Below, one piece after another: positions 37,949-47,748 of a stretch of DNA of 64,000 nucleotides (positions are counted from its first letter, which is position 1; each line of letters opens with the position of its first letter). Under the pieces are notes generated by a model. That model had not been told where the DNA came from and did not search any database. It worked only from the letters and a program-made list of their open reading frames with translations. The DNA comes from Fibrobacteria bacterium (lineage in GTDB: Bacteria > Fibrobacterota > Fibrobacteria > UBA11236). Made by a program: the position numbers and the translations under genes. Location of the stretch: contig JAYTHY010000136.1 in assembly GCA_043732185.1 (NCBI GenBank), positions 32,001 through 96,000 of the forward strand, in the 5' to 3' direction.

Positions 37949-40144
37949 TTGCCACTGAGCATGGGCAAGCCCAAGAAATCCGGATTCATTCCTAAAAGTC
38001 TGCCTGACAAGGGCGTGATATTAGCCCGCCTGCGTAGACAAGGGGCGCTTCCCTTAAGTCAATCGGAACTGGAAACGGAACTAAAGATTCCCCGTGAAAA
38101 ATCCTCGGAATTCCGTCGAATCCTTGTCGCCCTGACAGATTCTGGCCAAGTTCGAAAAGTAAAAGGCAATAAGTACATCTCCGCAACCGCCGAAGGAAGC
38201 GGTGTTACGGATCTATTTGGAGCACGCGACGAGGCCGATGCAGGTGTTCCCGCTACGGAAAACAAATTCAAATTTCCACGCAGTGCGGGCAGGCCAGAAC
38301 CGAGAACGAGTGCCAATCGTGAGAATCGACGGGATAGAAAGAGCCGCCGTGATCCGGTGGGCCGACGCGAACGACCGGATCGAAAAAGTGGCCCCGACCA
38401 CGCCCACGACGCCAACTTGGTTAAAGGAAAATTGATCAAACAAGGTGGATTTCACTTTGTGCAACCCCAACAGCGTCCGGGAGAAAAAAAATCCTGGGGT
38501 TTCCACGATGGCATGATTCTAGTCCCTCGAAAGGCTCTGGGGCAGGCTCGTCCTGGAGATATCGTTTCCGTTCGCATTGTCGAGGCGGATGGCGATGAAC
38601 GCATTGGAAAAATTGTAGCGACCTTAAGTCAGGACGTCGATTTTGAGGCTGTGTCGAAAGCCTTTTTCAAAGAGTATGGACTTCCCTTCAGTTATCCCAA
38701 AGCGGCCATGGAAGAAGCCGGTGCGTTTCCTGAACCCGTTTTCGAAGCCAATTCCCAACGGCTCGATTTGCGCGCCAAGCACATCATTACCATCGATCCT
38801 TCCACTGCCAAAGATCATGATGATGCGATTTCTCTGGAACGGAAAAAGAATGGCAATTGGATTTTAGGGGTGCATATCGCCGACGTGGCCGAGTATGTTA
38901 CCGAAGACAGTGAACTGGATGAGGAGTCGGTACAACGCGCCTTTACCCAGTATCTGCCCTGGATTGCTGCACCTATGCTTCCTCAGCGTCTCTCTTCCGA
39001 CTTATGCAGTTTGCTCGAAAACCGGGACCGCTTGGCTTTTAGTTGCATGATGGAAGTGGACTCGCAAGGGGAGGTCAAGAGCTTCGATTTTGTGGAAACG
39101 TTTATTCGCGTGGCGCATTTTTATTCCTACGAAGAAGCGCAGGAAGCCAAAGAAAAAGGCGATCCTTTTCTCATTCTGATGGATGAGTTCACCTCGCAGT
39201 TGTTGGCGCGCCGCCATCGCGATGGGTTTCTCAATTTTCAGTTTCCGGAACCCAAGGTGGAAATGGAAAATGGAATCCCGGTGCGCATCTATCCCAGCCA
39301 GCGTTTGGCCTCGCATTCCTGGATTGAAGAATGCATGTTGCTAGCCAATCGTGCTACAGCAAGATTTTTAATCAAGCACAAGCTGCCGGGCCTTTACCGC
39401 GTGCATGAACAACCAGATATCGAAGCCGTGTCCGAACTTTGGACCTCCCAGGGTCAGGTCCACCGGGACAAAGGCATGATCGATGCCTTTAAAGATATCA
39501 GTCAAACGGGAGGGTTCCTCAATCCTGCCATACAACAATTTTTCATCCGATTGTTAAGCCAAGAAGGTGGCGCATTACCAGCCGCCGTGCAGCGAAAAAT
39601 TTTGCAAAGCATGAAGAAAGCACAATATTCTTCTGAGGCGCACGGCCACTTTGCTTTGGGCTGGATGGACTATGCGCATTTCACTTCACCGATTCGCCGG
39701 TATGCGGATCTTTGGACGCACCGGGTTATCAAAGCTTTTGTGCGCGGAGAAAAAGTCCCCAAAAGTATGAAAGCACAGGCGGAGGATGTCGCCCAGCGGA
39801 TTTCCGAACGGGAAATTGCGGTGATGAAAGTGGAACGCAAAGGCATGAAGACCGCCACGGCCTGGGTGCTGCGGAATTTTATTGGCGAAGAGTTTATCGG
39901 AGAAATCAGCGGGCTTGAAAATTTCGGAATATTCGTCTCCTTGACCGAACCTTTTGGAGAAGGCTTGATTCCTATTCGTCGTCTGCGCGACGATTTCTAC
40001 TCCAAGGATGAGAGCACAGGTTTTCTGGTTGGAAAAAGAACGCGTAAGACGTTCCATCTTGGTGATAAAATCCGCGTCCGCCTAGAGCGTTCGGATCCGT
40101 TTACGGCCCAAGTCGACTTTGAATATTTAGGCGAACCGGAATGA
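37949..40144 (+). CDS. rnr: RNase R / RNase II family exoribonuclease
   Basis: TIDPSTAKDHDDAIS, IEECMLLAN, YRVH, HFTSPIRRYADL, C-terminal S1 domain. Confidence 0.9.
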   Translation: MPLSMGKPKKSGFIPKSLPDKGVILARLRRQGALPLSQSELETELKIPREKSSEFRRILVALTDSGQVRKVKGNKYISATAEGSGVTDLFGARDEADAGVPATENKFKFPRSAGRPEPRTSANRENRRDRKSRRDPVGRRERPDRKSGPDHAHDANLVKGKLIKQGGFHFVQPQQRPGEKKSWGFHDGMILVPRKALGQARPGDIVSVRIVEADGDERIGKIVATLSQDVDFEAVSKAFFKEYGLPFSYPKAAMEEAGAFPEPVFEANSQRLDLRAKHIITIDPSTAKDHDDAISLERKKNGNWILGVHIADVAEYVTEDSELDEESVQRAFTQYLPWIAAPMLPQRLSSDLCSLLENRDRLAFSCMMEVDSQGEVKSFDFVETFIRVAHFYSYEEAQEAKEKGDPFLILMDEFTSQLLARRHRDGFLNFQFPEPKVEMENGIPVRIYPSQRLASHSWIEECMLLANRATARFLIKHKLPGLYRVHEQPDIEAVSELWTSQGQVHRDKGMIDAFKDISQTGGFLNPAIQQFFIRLLSQEGGALPAAVQRKILQSMKKAQYSSEAHGHFALGWMDYAHFTSPIRRYADLWTHRVIKAFVRGEKVPKSMKAQAEDVAQRISEREIAVMKVERKGMKTATAWVLRNFIGEEFIGEISGLENFGIFVSLTEPFGEGLIPIRRLRDDFYSKDESTGFLVGKRTRKTFHLGDKIRVRLERSDPFTAQVDFEYLGEPE

Positions 40145-40854
40145 GTCTCAGCAACGCCCTGAGTTATCTCACGGTGCTGCCAATCCCCTTCAAGAAGCAC
40201 CTACCGCTTAGTCTATCGGTTCATCACTTCCCATTGGTTGGAGCGGGCATGGGCAGCCTGTTGGTGCTGGCCCTGCAGCTTTTCAAATCCCTTCTGCCAC
40301 CTTATCTAGCCTGCGTGGCAACGGTTGCTATTTGGGAAGCCATGACCGGTGGCATTCATTTACGCGCTGTGTCCGAATTGATCCAAGGTCGCCGCGTCTA
40401 CGCAGGGTCCGGATTCGGTTCCAAGCCGGAATACCATTGGCAGGGAATCGCCGCCGTCTTTCTCCTGCTGACTCTAAAAGTAGAGTGCCTGGTGCATATT
40501 CGTGCGGATTGGCAGCCCTTTGCCGTTTTACTGGCTCCCATCCTTGGCCGGGGTTCGCAGGCGCTAGGGATCATATTTAGCAAGCAACGCCTGGATTCGG
40601 CCAAGAGTGGAACCGATCCGGTCCTCAGGGGCAGGCAGATTCGAGCTTTGTTTTTTACCGCTGCGCTGCTGATGGCTATGGTTCTGTTCCCTTTAAAAAT
40701 CGCCGGCATCCTCATAATCCAGTATTTTCTACTGATGATCGTGGCTTTCCGATTCCTCAATGCCAAGATGGAAGGCCTAACTGTGCAGACGCTCGGGTCT
40801 GTGGCGGAATTGATCGAAGCCACCTTCCTAATATTTTGTGCCGGCCTTTCCTAA
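40141..40854 (+). CDS. CobS (cobalamin synthase)-like membrane protein with eroded catalytic motifs
   Basis: ALSYLTVLP, FPLVG, TGGIH, LGSVAEL scaffold match CobS; the acidic motifs are absent. Confidence 0.65.
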   Translation: MSLSNALSYLTVLPIPFKKHLPLSLSVHHFPLVGAGMGSLLVLALQLFKSLLPPYLACVATVAIWEAMTGGIHLRAVSELIQGRRVYAGSGFGSKPEYHWQGIAAVFLLLTLKVECLVHIRADWQPFAVLLAPILGRGSQALGIIFSKQRLDSAKSGTDPVLRGRQIRALFFTAALLMAMVLFPLKIAGILIIQYFLLMIVAFRFLNAKMEGLTVQTLGSVAELIEATFLIFCAGLS

Positions 40855-40860
40855 AAGCAC

Positions 40861-41157
40861 TTACTCCGAATCGTAAATTTTTACTTGTGTCCAGAGCATG
40901 GAGCAATTGTCGCGAAAGTCATCGTGTAAAGGATGACTTTGGTAGGCGTCATGGCCAGCCAAATCTTGAAAGACGACTACTAGGGCATAGGTGTAAGAGC
41001 TGTCGATAACGGGTCTGGACGTGGCCGCGGGTTTGCCGACCCAGCCATGCAGGACGCTTGGTATTTTTAACATGGCGTTGGATTTGTCTTCGAAGCGACG
41101 GATTTCTTCTGGCTTGGTTCCCGGTTTCAACCAGAAATAGACGGTGTGAACGAACAT
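40861..41157 (-). CDS. Dabb (stress-responsive A/B barrel) protein
   Basis: MFVHTVYFWLK...YQSHPLH...KIYDS; ATG after an AAGGA RBS. Confidence 0.88.
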   Translation of the reverse strand: MFVHTVYFWLKPGTKPEEIRRFEDKSNAMLKIPSVLHGWVGKPAATSRPVIDSSYTYALVVVFQDLAGHDAYQSHPLHDDFRDNCSMLWTQVKIYDSE

Positions 41158-41168
41158 TAAAATTCCTT

Positions 41169-42494
41169 TCAACGGGGGTTAAGGTAATGCTGGCAATAGA
41201 AGTCCCAGAAGGCCAATGCCGCCCGGTCATAGGTGAATAATAACGCACGTTCTCGCGCGTTGGTTTTAAAAAGTTTTAGCATTTCGGAATTCTCGACCAA
41301 GGTTAGGATTTTTTCTTCCAAATCACCGGCACGTTCCGGATCGAAAATAAGTCCGCATACTCCATCAACAATGATTTCACATGGGCCACCCTGGTTGGAA
41401 GTGATGCAGGGTATTCCCGAAGCTAAGGCTTCGACCACGCTGTTGCCAAAGGTATCCGTCAAGCTGGGAAAAACCAGAATATCTGCAGAAGCAAAAATTC
41501 CTGCCAGGTTTTCGCCATGCATCACCCCGGTAAAATGAACATTGGGATGCTTAGCTAGGTTGGCTTCCAACTCTTTGCGATAAGGGCCCTCACCCACAAT
41601 TGTGAGACTTAAATCCGGCTGTGATTTGGCGATGTTGGTATAGGCTTCAGCCAGCCGCGCCAGATTTTTTTCGCGCGAAATGCGTCCCACATACAACAGT
41701 TTTATTCCTGAGGCAGGAAGGTTCAAGCTTTGCCAGACGCCGTTCTGGGCCTTGTCCGGATGGTAATTTTGAAAATCGACTCCGCGTGGCAGTTTAAAGA
41801 TTCTCTCGGAGTGTACGCCCATCTCCTTGACTTTGGCGCTGTAGGCGAGGGAAGGGGTAATCACGGGTCCAGCCCAATGGGTTACGATTTTGGTTGTGGT
41901 ATTGATGCCCCAAACAGCGGCCCGATTGTCTACCAGTAGTTTTGAATAGGTGAGAATATCCGTACGGTAATGGCTCAGCGTTTGAATGCCGATAAACTTA
42001 GCTGCCAACAAGCAAAGAATGGATACGGGACCCGGCGTTTGCAATTCGATCATGTCTATGGAATGTTCTTCCAAGAATCGCAGGAAATGACTAAAACGCA
42101 TGAGCGCGACTTCACTGGCTGGATATCCGGCCTGGTCCATGGAATAGCGTCCCGGTGCCAGGATGACACTGTGGTCGTCCTCTTCCACGCGCGGTGCTCG
42201 CGTATGAAATGCAACGCCAAATAAGAAGATGGCATGGCCTCGTGCGCGCATTTTTCGCAGCATGATACGGGAAGAAATGGCGATGCCATTGACCTCATCC
42301 AAATTATCGCCTACGCAGGCTACAACCGGCTCCGGGCCGCGTTTCCGATCCGTTCTCCGATAGGCTCGCCGCAACTTAATCAGTCTAGGGGTGTTTATCA
42401 GGACTTCCAGCACGAATAAGCAGAGAAATCGAAGGATACCGGCTGGGGCCATTTGGCCGTGAGGCCGATAGTTCCGGGTTTCGCTGGGTTCCAT
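41169..42494 (-). CDS. GT4-family glycosyltransferase
   Basis: EVNGIA, RGVD, LYVGRISREKN, DTFGNSVVEALASG. Confidence 0.9.
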   Translation of the reverse strand: MEPSETRNYRPHGQMAPAGILRFLCLFVLEVLINTPRLIKLRRAYRRTDRKRGPEPVVACVGDNLDEVNGIAISSRIMLRKMRARGHAIFLFGVAFHTRAPRVEEDDHSVILAPGRYSMDQAGYPASEVALMRFSHFLRFLEEHSIDMIELQTPGPVSILCLLAAKFIGIQTLSHYRTDILTYSKLLVDNRAAVWGINTTTKIVTHWAGPVITPSLAYSAKVKEMGVHSERIFKLPRGVDFQNYHPDKAQNGVWQSLNLPASGIKLLYVGRISREKNLARLAEAYTNIAKSQPDLSLTIVGEGPYRKELEANLAKHPNVHFTGVMHGENLAGIFASADILVFPSLTDTFGNSVVEALASGIPCITSNQGGPCEIIVDGVCGLIFDPERAGDLEEKILTLVENSEMLKLFKTNARERALLFTYDRAALAFWDFYCQHYLNPR

Positions 42495-42614
42495 GCAAAG
42501 GAAACATAAAAATAATCCCCAGCGAGTATGGAGGTACCCGCTTTGTGGAGGGCTTTGCAGCCTGTCGAAGTGAGGGAGCGATTGCTAAATAGGTTCTGGA
42601 GGCGGAACCCAAAC

Positions 42615-43763
42615 GTGATCTTCCTGGACATCAACACTTTTTTTTCACCCAAAGCCGGCGGCATCCGTACGTATCACCAGGCCAAAATCGCTTGGTTTAA
42701 AAATCGTCCCGAACATCAATATTATTTGATCTATCCGGGTTCCAAATATCGCGTCCTAGCTATAAGCCCACAGGTTCATTTGGTGGAAGTATTCGGACCA
42801 GCCGTAACAGCCGATCCTTCCGGGTATCGGATTTTGCTGGATTACTGGCGCATCTTCCAATGGATCCGGATATTGAAACCGGATGTTCTGGAAGCGGGAG
42901 ATCCGTGGCTTACAGGTTTATTTTGCCTGGCACTCAAAAAATCAGGTTTTTATAAAGGCCTGCTGGTTTCCTTTTACCATAGTGATCCTGTTCCAAGTTA
43001 CCTGGAACCCTGGGCGCGTCGTGGGCGATTTAAATTCTTGAAGCGCATTCTGGTGCACTTGGGTGGGCGACTTTTTTATCAAATGCAAACCGGATATGAT
43101 GTCACGGCCGTAGCGTCGCGAACCATGGAAGGCCGCTTGTCTAAAAGGGGAATTCCACATCTTGCGTACTTGCCCTTTGGAGTGCCAGCGCGGTTTTTAG
43201 ACCCGCTTCCGATGCGGGAGAAAGAAAATAGTCGCATTCTGTATGCCGGGCGCTTGGACAGGGAAAAGGGAATTGAACTGGTTCTAAATGCATTGCCCGA
43301 ATTGCTGGCGGATGCTAACGTGGAAATATCCGTAATGGGACGGGGCAGTTTTGCGGATCGCTTCCTGGCTTTTCAGCATCCGCGTTTTACCTTTCTCGGA
43401 TTTTTAGAAGGACAGGACGAGGTGTGTCGCGTTTATGATGCGCACGATATTCTTATGGCTCCCGGCCCCTTTGAAACTTTTGGTCTGGGTGTACTGGAGG
43501 CCATGGCCCGGGGCCTGGTAGTCGTAGGACCGGATGCCGCTGGCACTGGAGAAATGCTGCGCGAGGCCAAATCTCCCTATATTTTTAAGCAGGAGGATCT
43601 GGCCGATTTTTTACGTGCCCTGGGAGCGGCCAGGACCGCAGAGCGCGCCGTCGATTCCGCCAATGCTCGTGAATTGGCCCAAGGCTATGGCTCCTGGGAC
43701 GATGCCGTGGAGCGAATGGTGACCTACTATGCTAATATGGGAAAGCTCGCCGAGTACTTTTAA
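42615..43763 (+). CDS. GT4-family glycosyltransferase
   Basis: FSPKAGGIRTY, YAGRLDREKG, ETFGLGVLEAMARG; GTG after GGAGG chosen as start. Confidence 0.9.
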   Translation: MIFLDINTFFSPKAGGIRTYHQAKIAWFKNRPEHQYYLIYPGSKYRVLAISPQVHLVEVFGPAVTADPSGYRILLDYWRIFQWIRILKPDVLEAGDPWLTGLFCLALKKSGFYKGLLVSFYHSDPVPSYLEPWARRGRFKFLKRILVHLGGRLFYQMQTGYDVTAVASRTMEGRLSKRGIPHLAYLPFGVPARFLDPLPMREKENSRILYAGRLDREKGIELVLNALPELLADANVEISVMGRGSFADRFLAFQHPRFTFLGFLEGQDEVCRVYDAHDILMAPGPFETFGLGVLEAMARGLVVVGPDAAGTGEMLREAKSPYIFKQEDLADFLRALGAARTAERAVDSANARELAQGYGSWDDAVERMVTYYANMGKLAEYF

Positions 43764-43782
43764 TGCCAGGGATATTGAAATC

Positions 43783-44547
43783 ATGCCTGTGACTCCGCCG
43801 CTTAAAATTCTGATTTCCATGCATGATGCTACGCCCTTTCATTTGTCGCGACTGCGAAAGGCTGAGGCTTTTTTTCTAGAACTGGGTCTGGAAAAGGTGA
43901 CCTATCTATTCATCCCCGAGTACCATGGAAGTCACCTTGCTTCCAGCAGCCCAGAATTTATCGACTGGTGCAACAGCCCTAGGCCTTTTCAGGTACAGTG
44001 GCATCTACACGGCTACCAACATCTGGAGACAAAGGTTCATTATAACAGCGCGCCAAAAAGCCCTTTCGCAAGGCAAGCTCTACAACGCACATTTATGACT
44101 GCTGGAGAAGGGGAATTCCTGGCGCTGGATAAGCCTGCCATTGCAAAAAAACTTGAACAGGGTCGCCAGGTTTTTCGCAGCTGTTTGCAAGTGGACCCGC
44201 TGGGATTTGTCGCGCCCGCTTGGTTGTACAATACCAATCTACCCGCCGCGCTCCTCCAACAAGGAATTCGCTACACGGAAAATCACCATACGCTTTTTGA
44301 TTTGAATTCTGGCCACACTTTTCCCAGCCCTGTGATAACCTGGGCCACTCGTTCGCTTATGCGAAAATATGGATCCTTACTGGTTTGCCCCATACAAGCC
44401 AAGCTATGGCGATCCACTCCGGTATTGCGCGTTGCGATGCATCCATTTGATTTCGATCACTCGGCTACGGTGGCGAGCATTCGCTCTGTATTGAGTGGTT
44501 TGCTGCAATCCCGAGATCAAATTTTTTGTGATGAACTGAAGGTCTGA
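43783..44547 (+). CDS. DUF2334 / polysaccharide-deacetylase-like protein
   Basis: SMHDATP, LHGYQH, EGEF, GFVAPAW, RVAMHPFD. Confidence 0.85.
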   Translation: MPVTPPLKILISMHDATPFHLSRLRKAEAFFLELGLEKVTYLFIPEYHGSHLASSSPEFIDWCNSPRPFQVQWHLHGYQHLETKVHYNSAPKSPFARQALQRTFMTAGEGEFLALDKPAIAKKLEQGRQVFRSCLQVDPLGFVAPAWLYNTNLPAALLQQGIRYTENHHTLFDLNSGHTFPSPVITWATRSLMRKYGSLLVCPIQAKLWRSTPVLRVAMHPFDFDHSATVASIRSVLSGLLQSRDQIFCDELKV

Positions 44548-44551
44548 ACAC

Positions 44552-44572
44552 GGATTCTAAGTGAGAGAATCC
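44552..44572. terminator. Stem-loop between convergent genes
   Basis: GGATTCT-N7-AGAATCC; no clear U tract. Confidence 0.35.
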
Positions 44573-44591
44573 AATCTCGAGTTTAAAGAAT

Positions 44592-45542
44592 TTAAATTCC
44601 TTGGCTAATGACTTTATGCGCAAGCATGTGGAATAAAGTTGGCGAGCTGGAAAGTTTTCCCAGATTATCCCTGGTCAGGGTGGCCGCAAGATCCTTGTGA
44701 TTGCTGGAACACCAATGGATGACAAAGGTCGAATCCGGTAGGGTGGCGGCTGGCCCATAAAAGAATCGAAAGGTCTGGCTGGGGGGGATGTTGTAAAAAT
44801 AGCTGGAATCGAGTCGATGCATGTCCTGACCCGGTGCCAGGTCCCAGGTTCGATTCATGAGAATGGGTCCCAGTGCGTATTTGACTGTAGGATTGGTGTC
44901 CGGTATCAAGGCGATGACTCGCGCAAAAAAAGCACTGCCGGCTTCACAACCTAAAACCGCATTGTTGAGTTTCTTGTCGCTCCAACCGCGCATCAGCAAG
45001 CGATTGAGGGCGTTTAATACGTATGAATCCCCGAGCATGCGGCAATTCCAAAGCGATAGTGCGTAACTAAGGCCAAAGAGTACGCCCGTCGGAATAATTG
45101 CCAGTTTAAATTTTCCCGAAACGCGGTCATCATCATATCGAAAGACAGCCTCCTCGCCGATAAAGGCTGGATGGGACAGCAAGGGTTTAAAATCCCGGAT
45201 GGTTATCGTGTCGAAATCGAGATAAATGCCCCCCTCTTTGAAAAGTATCAGGTAGCGCAGGATATTGCTGCGACCAGCCAGGTACCCGGAGGAAATGCCT
45301 TGCAGAACGGGAACTACCGAAGCCATGGAAGGCGGCAGCCCGGACAGTAGGCTATCCATGTCAATGGGCTGGAAAGTGACTTTTTTTTGCAACGCCAGCC
45401 AATCGGCATTGTCTGGTGGATCCTGGAAATGGATGGTAATTTTGGCGCCTGGATTGGTTTGCAGAAGTGATTCCACCGCCAGCCGGTTTACAAAAGGGAA
45501 ATGTCGACCAATCCAAATGAGATGGAAATGATGTGGAATCAG
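44592..45542 (-). CDS. DxD glycosyltransferase (GT32/capsule-synthesis-like)
   Basis: IPHHFHLIWIG N-terminus, SNILRYLILFKEGGIYLDFD, NNAVL, GP, IHW; putative CTG start. Confidence 0.85.
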   Translation of the reverse strand: MIPHHFHLIWIGRHFPFVNRLAVESLLQTNPGAKITIHFQDPPDNADWLALQKKVTFQPIDMDSLLSGLPPSMASVVPVLQGISSGYLAGRSNILRYLILFKEGGIYLDFDTITIRDFKPLLSHPAFIGEEAVFRYDDDRVSGKFKLAIIPTGVLFGLSYALSLWNCRMLGDSYVLNALNRLLMRGWSDKKLNNAVLGCEAGSAFFARVIALIPDTNPTVKYALGPILMNRTWDLAPGQDMHRLDSSYFYNIPPSQTFRFFYGPAATLPDSTFVIHWCSSNHKDLAATLTRDNLGKLSSSPTLFHMLAHKVISQGI

Positions 45543-45657
45543 GAAAGCCTCCCAGAGCAGGGCCGGTTAGCCGCCTGGTGGCAAACCGCGTGGAGAGTAT
45601 TGTAGTAAAAATTTTGTGATTTTATGGGAATCAGTAGGTTACCATATCCTTGGAATC

Positions 45658-47733
45658 ATGCGTTTGCCCACTACATTGGTTTTATTGCTTTCCTCTTGCT
45701 GCTTGGCAACCGGAAACCCAACTGGAAACCAGGCTGATATTAACCGCCCATTTTTGCTGGATGCTTGGCAGTACCGTGTGGACGCCAATCATGGCGTGCA
45801 TGCATGGAATCGAAGCAATGACGGCATGCGGGTATTCCAGGAATGGATCACCTTGCTTACCAAAGCACGCTCCGGCACAAAGGAACAGCAGCGCCAAGTG
45901 GGTTTGGCTTTGCAAGCCTATGTGGTGGGGGGCAACATTGGGCCGCTGGGATTTATCGGCACCAGTCTGCCCGTGCCGGGTTATGATCAAGGGGACTTTG
46001 ATATGTCCTTACTGGGGTGCTCTTCTTTGTTGGGTCTCTTTATCGAGGATCCTTTACTGCTCACCGATGCGACGCTTATCCACCTTCTACAAAAAGTGGT
46101 TCGCACTTGGGGTCAAATACCCAAAGCGTACTTTGATGTATTGTTCGTCAGTGTCCCGGAAACCGAGAATCACCTCTTCATGACGGAATCCACACGCTTC
46201 CTGACCAATCAAATCCTATATGAAAATTCTCGGCACCTAACGAAACTTAAGACGTTACGGGATTCCCTCGTCTCAGCAGGTTTTGTCCTTGACAACCAAG
46301 AAGGCATGCTGAAACAACTTCTACTCAAGGCCATGCAGAAATCCATGTGCAAAGGATTTTTCGAATTCAATGCGCAAATCTACCAACGTTTTACAATCCA
46401 TGCCCTCGATAATCTGTATTCCTTCGCCCACGATTCAGCCATTAACAATGGGGCAGCTTGTTTACTCGATTACTTGGCAACGGTTTTCGCCTTTCAAAGT
46501 ATTGGGTCCATTCGTTACGGACCTTACAGAAGGTCTTCGGAAGTTTTTTTAGATAGTGTATTAATGGCCAATGACGCGGCCGGAAGTTTTTTTGCCGTAC
46601 AGTCTGGCGCCTTCAGCTCGTGTGTGGGACTACGCCGAGATTTTTGGAAAACTCAAATTGCCCATGCATCCATGGGTTTATATTCCACGGTGCTCAAATA
46701 CCGGGTGCCGGATCCCATTTTAAATTTTATGCAAAACAGAATTGGGGAATATCGGGCGGAAATGCGCTCAGCTTATGCCGGTGAAGGCAATCGGGAACAG
46801 CTTACCGAGGTGTACCATGGCTCGCAGAATTTCTTGCTCACTGCTGGCGGCCGCTACGAAAATAGTATAGGCCCAAATTTTCCCACCCTCCAAAATTGGT
46901 TTGGCGCAGCTCCCTGGGTGTACGACGTAATTACTCGTTCCAGTACCTTGCTGCTCAATCCTGAAAAGGAAAATCCCCGGGTTCTTTTGGACATTTTGCA
47001 TTTCCGCGGCTCACAATGGCGGGCCAACAATCTGGCTATATATCGAAACTTTCTCTATGGGTACACGGCAGTCGATACCTATAAAAGTGCGGAATGGCCG
47101 CAGCATGTACCCGACAAATGGTTCAAAGCCGGAGAAACGTTAATCACTTATACCACCCGCGATTTTGATTTTCGTTTTGTGAACCGAAGTACTTCTGGCG
47201 TTTACATTGTTTTGGGGCGATTGCGGTCGTCGAATACTTTCTTGCACTGGCGCTACCAGAAATTTTTGCGCGGCACCATTGAAGTTGTAGACACTTCGAG
47301 AGTGGCTTCTGTTTCAGCGCTTAAGGACAGCATTCTCAAGTTAAATACGTCTAAAAATTACTGGACCTTGGGCAGGCATCGTTACGTCTACGTAAATTTT
47401 GATGGGGCGCGGATTCATTTGAATCCTCGCTATGATGATGAAAGGGACGGTATAGTCATGGTGGAGGAAAAGGAGCAGGCCTATGACACATTAAGTGCCA
47501 ATATTGTCCTACCCTTCCAATGGCCGGCCTCTGTGGATTTTCCCTTATTTCAAGTGAACTTCTACACGCCCTGGAAAGGAAATGCGGCTGTATCTGATGG
47601 CAAGGGTAACATGTATGTCTTCAATCCATCCACAGGTGGGTACCTGATGGAAAATTTTAATGAGTGGTGGAATCCCAGACGTAAATTAGGAGTCGGAAGC
47701 GATTCTTCCTCGGGTTTGACCCATCCGTTTTAG
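45658..47733 (+). CDS. Large secreted hypothetical protein, possibly heparinase II/III-like lyase fold
   Basis: Signal peptide; helical N-half with ETENH and FFEFNAQIY; beta-rich C-half. Confidence 0.65.
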   Translation: MRLPTTLVLLLSSCCLATGNPTGNQADINRPFLLDAWQYRVDANHGVHAWNRSNDGMRVFQEWITLLTKARSGTKEQQRQVGLALQAYVVGGNIGPLGFIGTSLPVPGYDQGDFDMSLLGCSSLLGLFIEDPLLLTDATLIHLLQKVVRTWGQIPKAYFDVLFVSVPETENHLFMTESTRFLTNQILYENSRHLTKLKTLRDSLVSAGFVLDNQEGMLKQLLLKAMQKSMCKGFFEFNAQIYQRFTIHALDNLYSFAHDSAINNGAACLLDYLATVFAFQSIGSIRYGPYRRSSEVFLDSVLMANDAAGSFFAVQSGAFSSCVGLRRDFWKTQIAHASMGLYSTVLKYRVPDPILNFMQNRIGEYRAEMRSAYAGEGNREQLTEVYHGSQNFLLTAGGRYENSIGPNFPTLQNWFGAAPWVYDVITRSSTLLLNPEKENPRVLLDILHFRGSQWRANNLAIYRNFLYGYTAVDTYKSAEWPQHVPDKWFKAGETLITYTTRDFDFRFVNRSTSGVYIVLGRLRSSNTFLHWRYQKFLRGTIEVVDTSRVASVSALKDSILKLNTSKNYWTLGRHRYVYVNFDGARIHLNPRYDDERDGIVMVEEKEQAYDTLSANIVLPFQWPASVDFPLFQVNFYTPWKGNAAVSDGKGNMYVFNPSTGGYLMENFNEWWNPRRKLGVGSDSSSGLTHPF

Positions 47734-47748
47734 TTACATTATTCTGAT

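Noticed and set aside
45650..46183. 177-aa alternate-frame ORF suggesting a frameshift
   Set aside because: The main frame is uninterrupted and begins with a signal peptide; no slippery site is needed.
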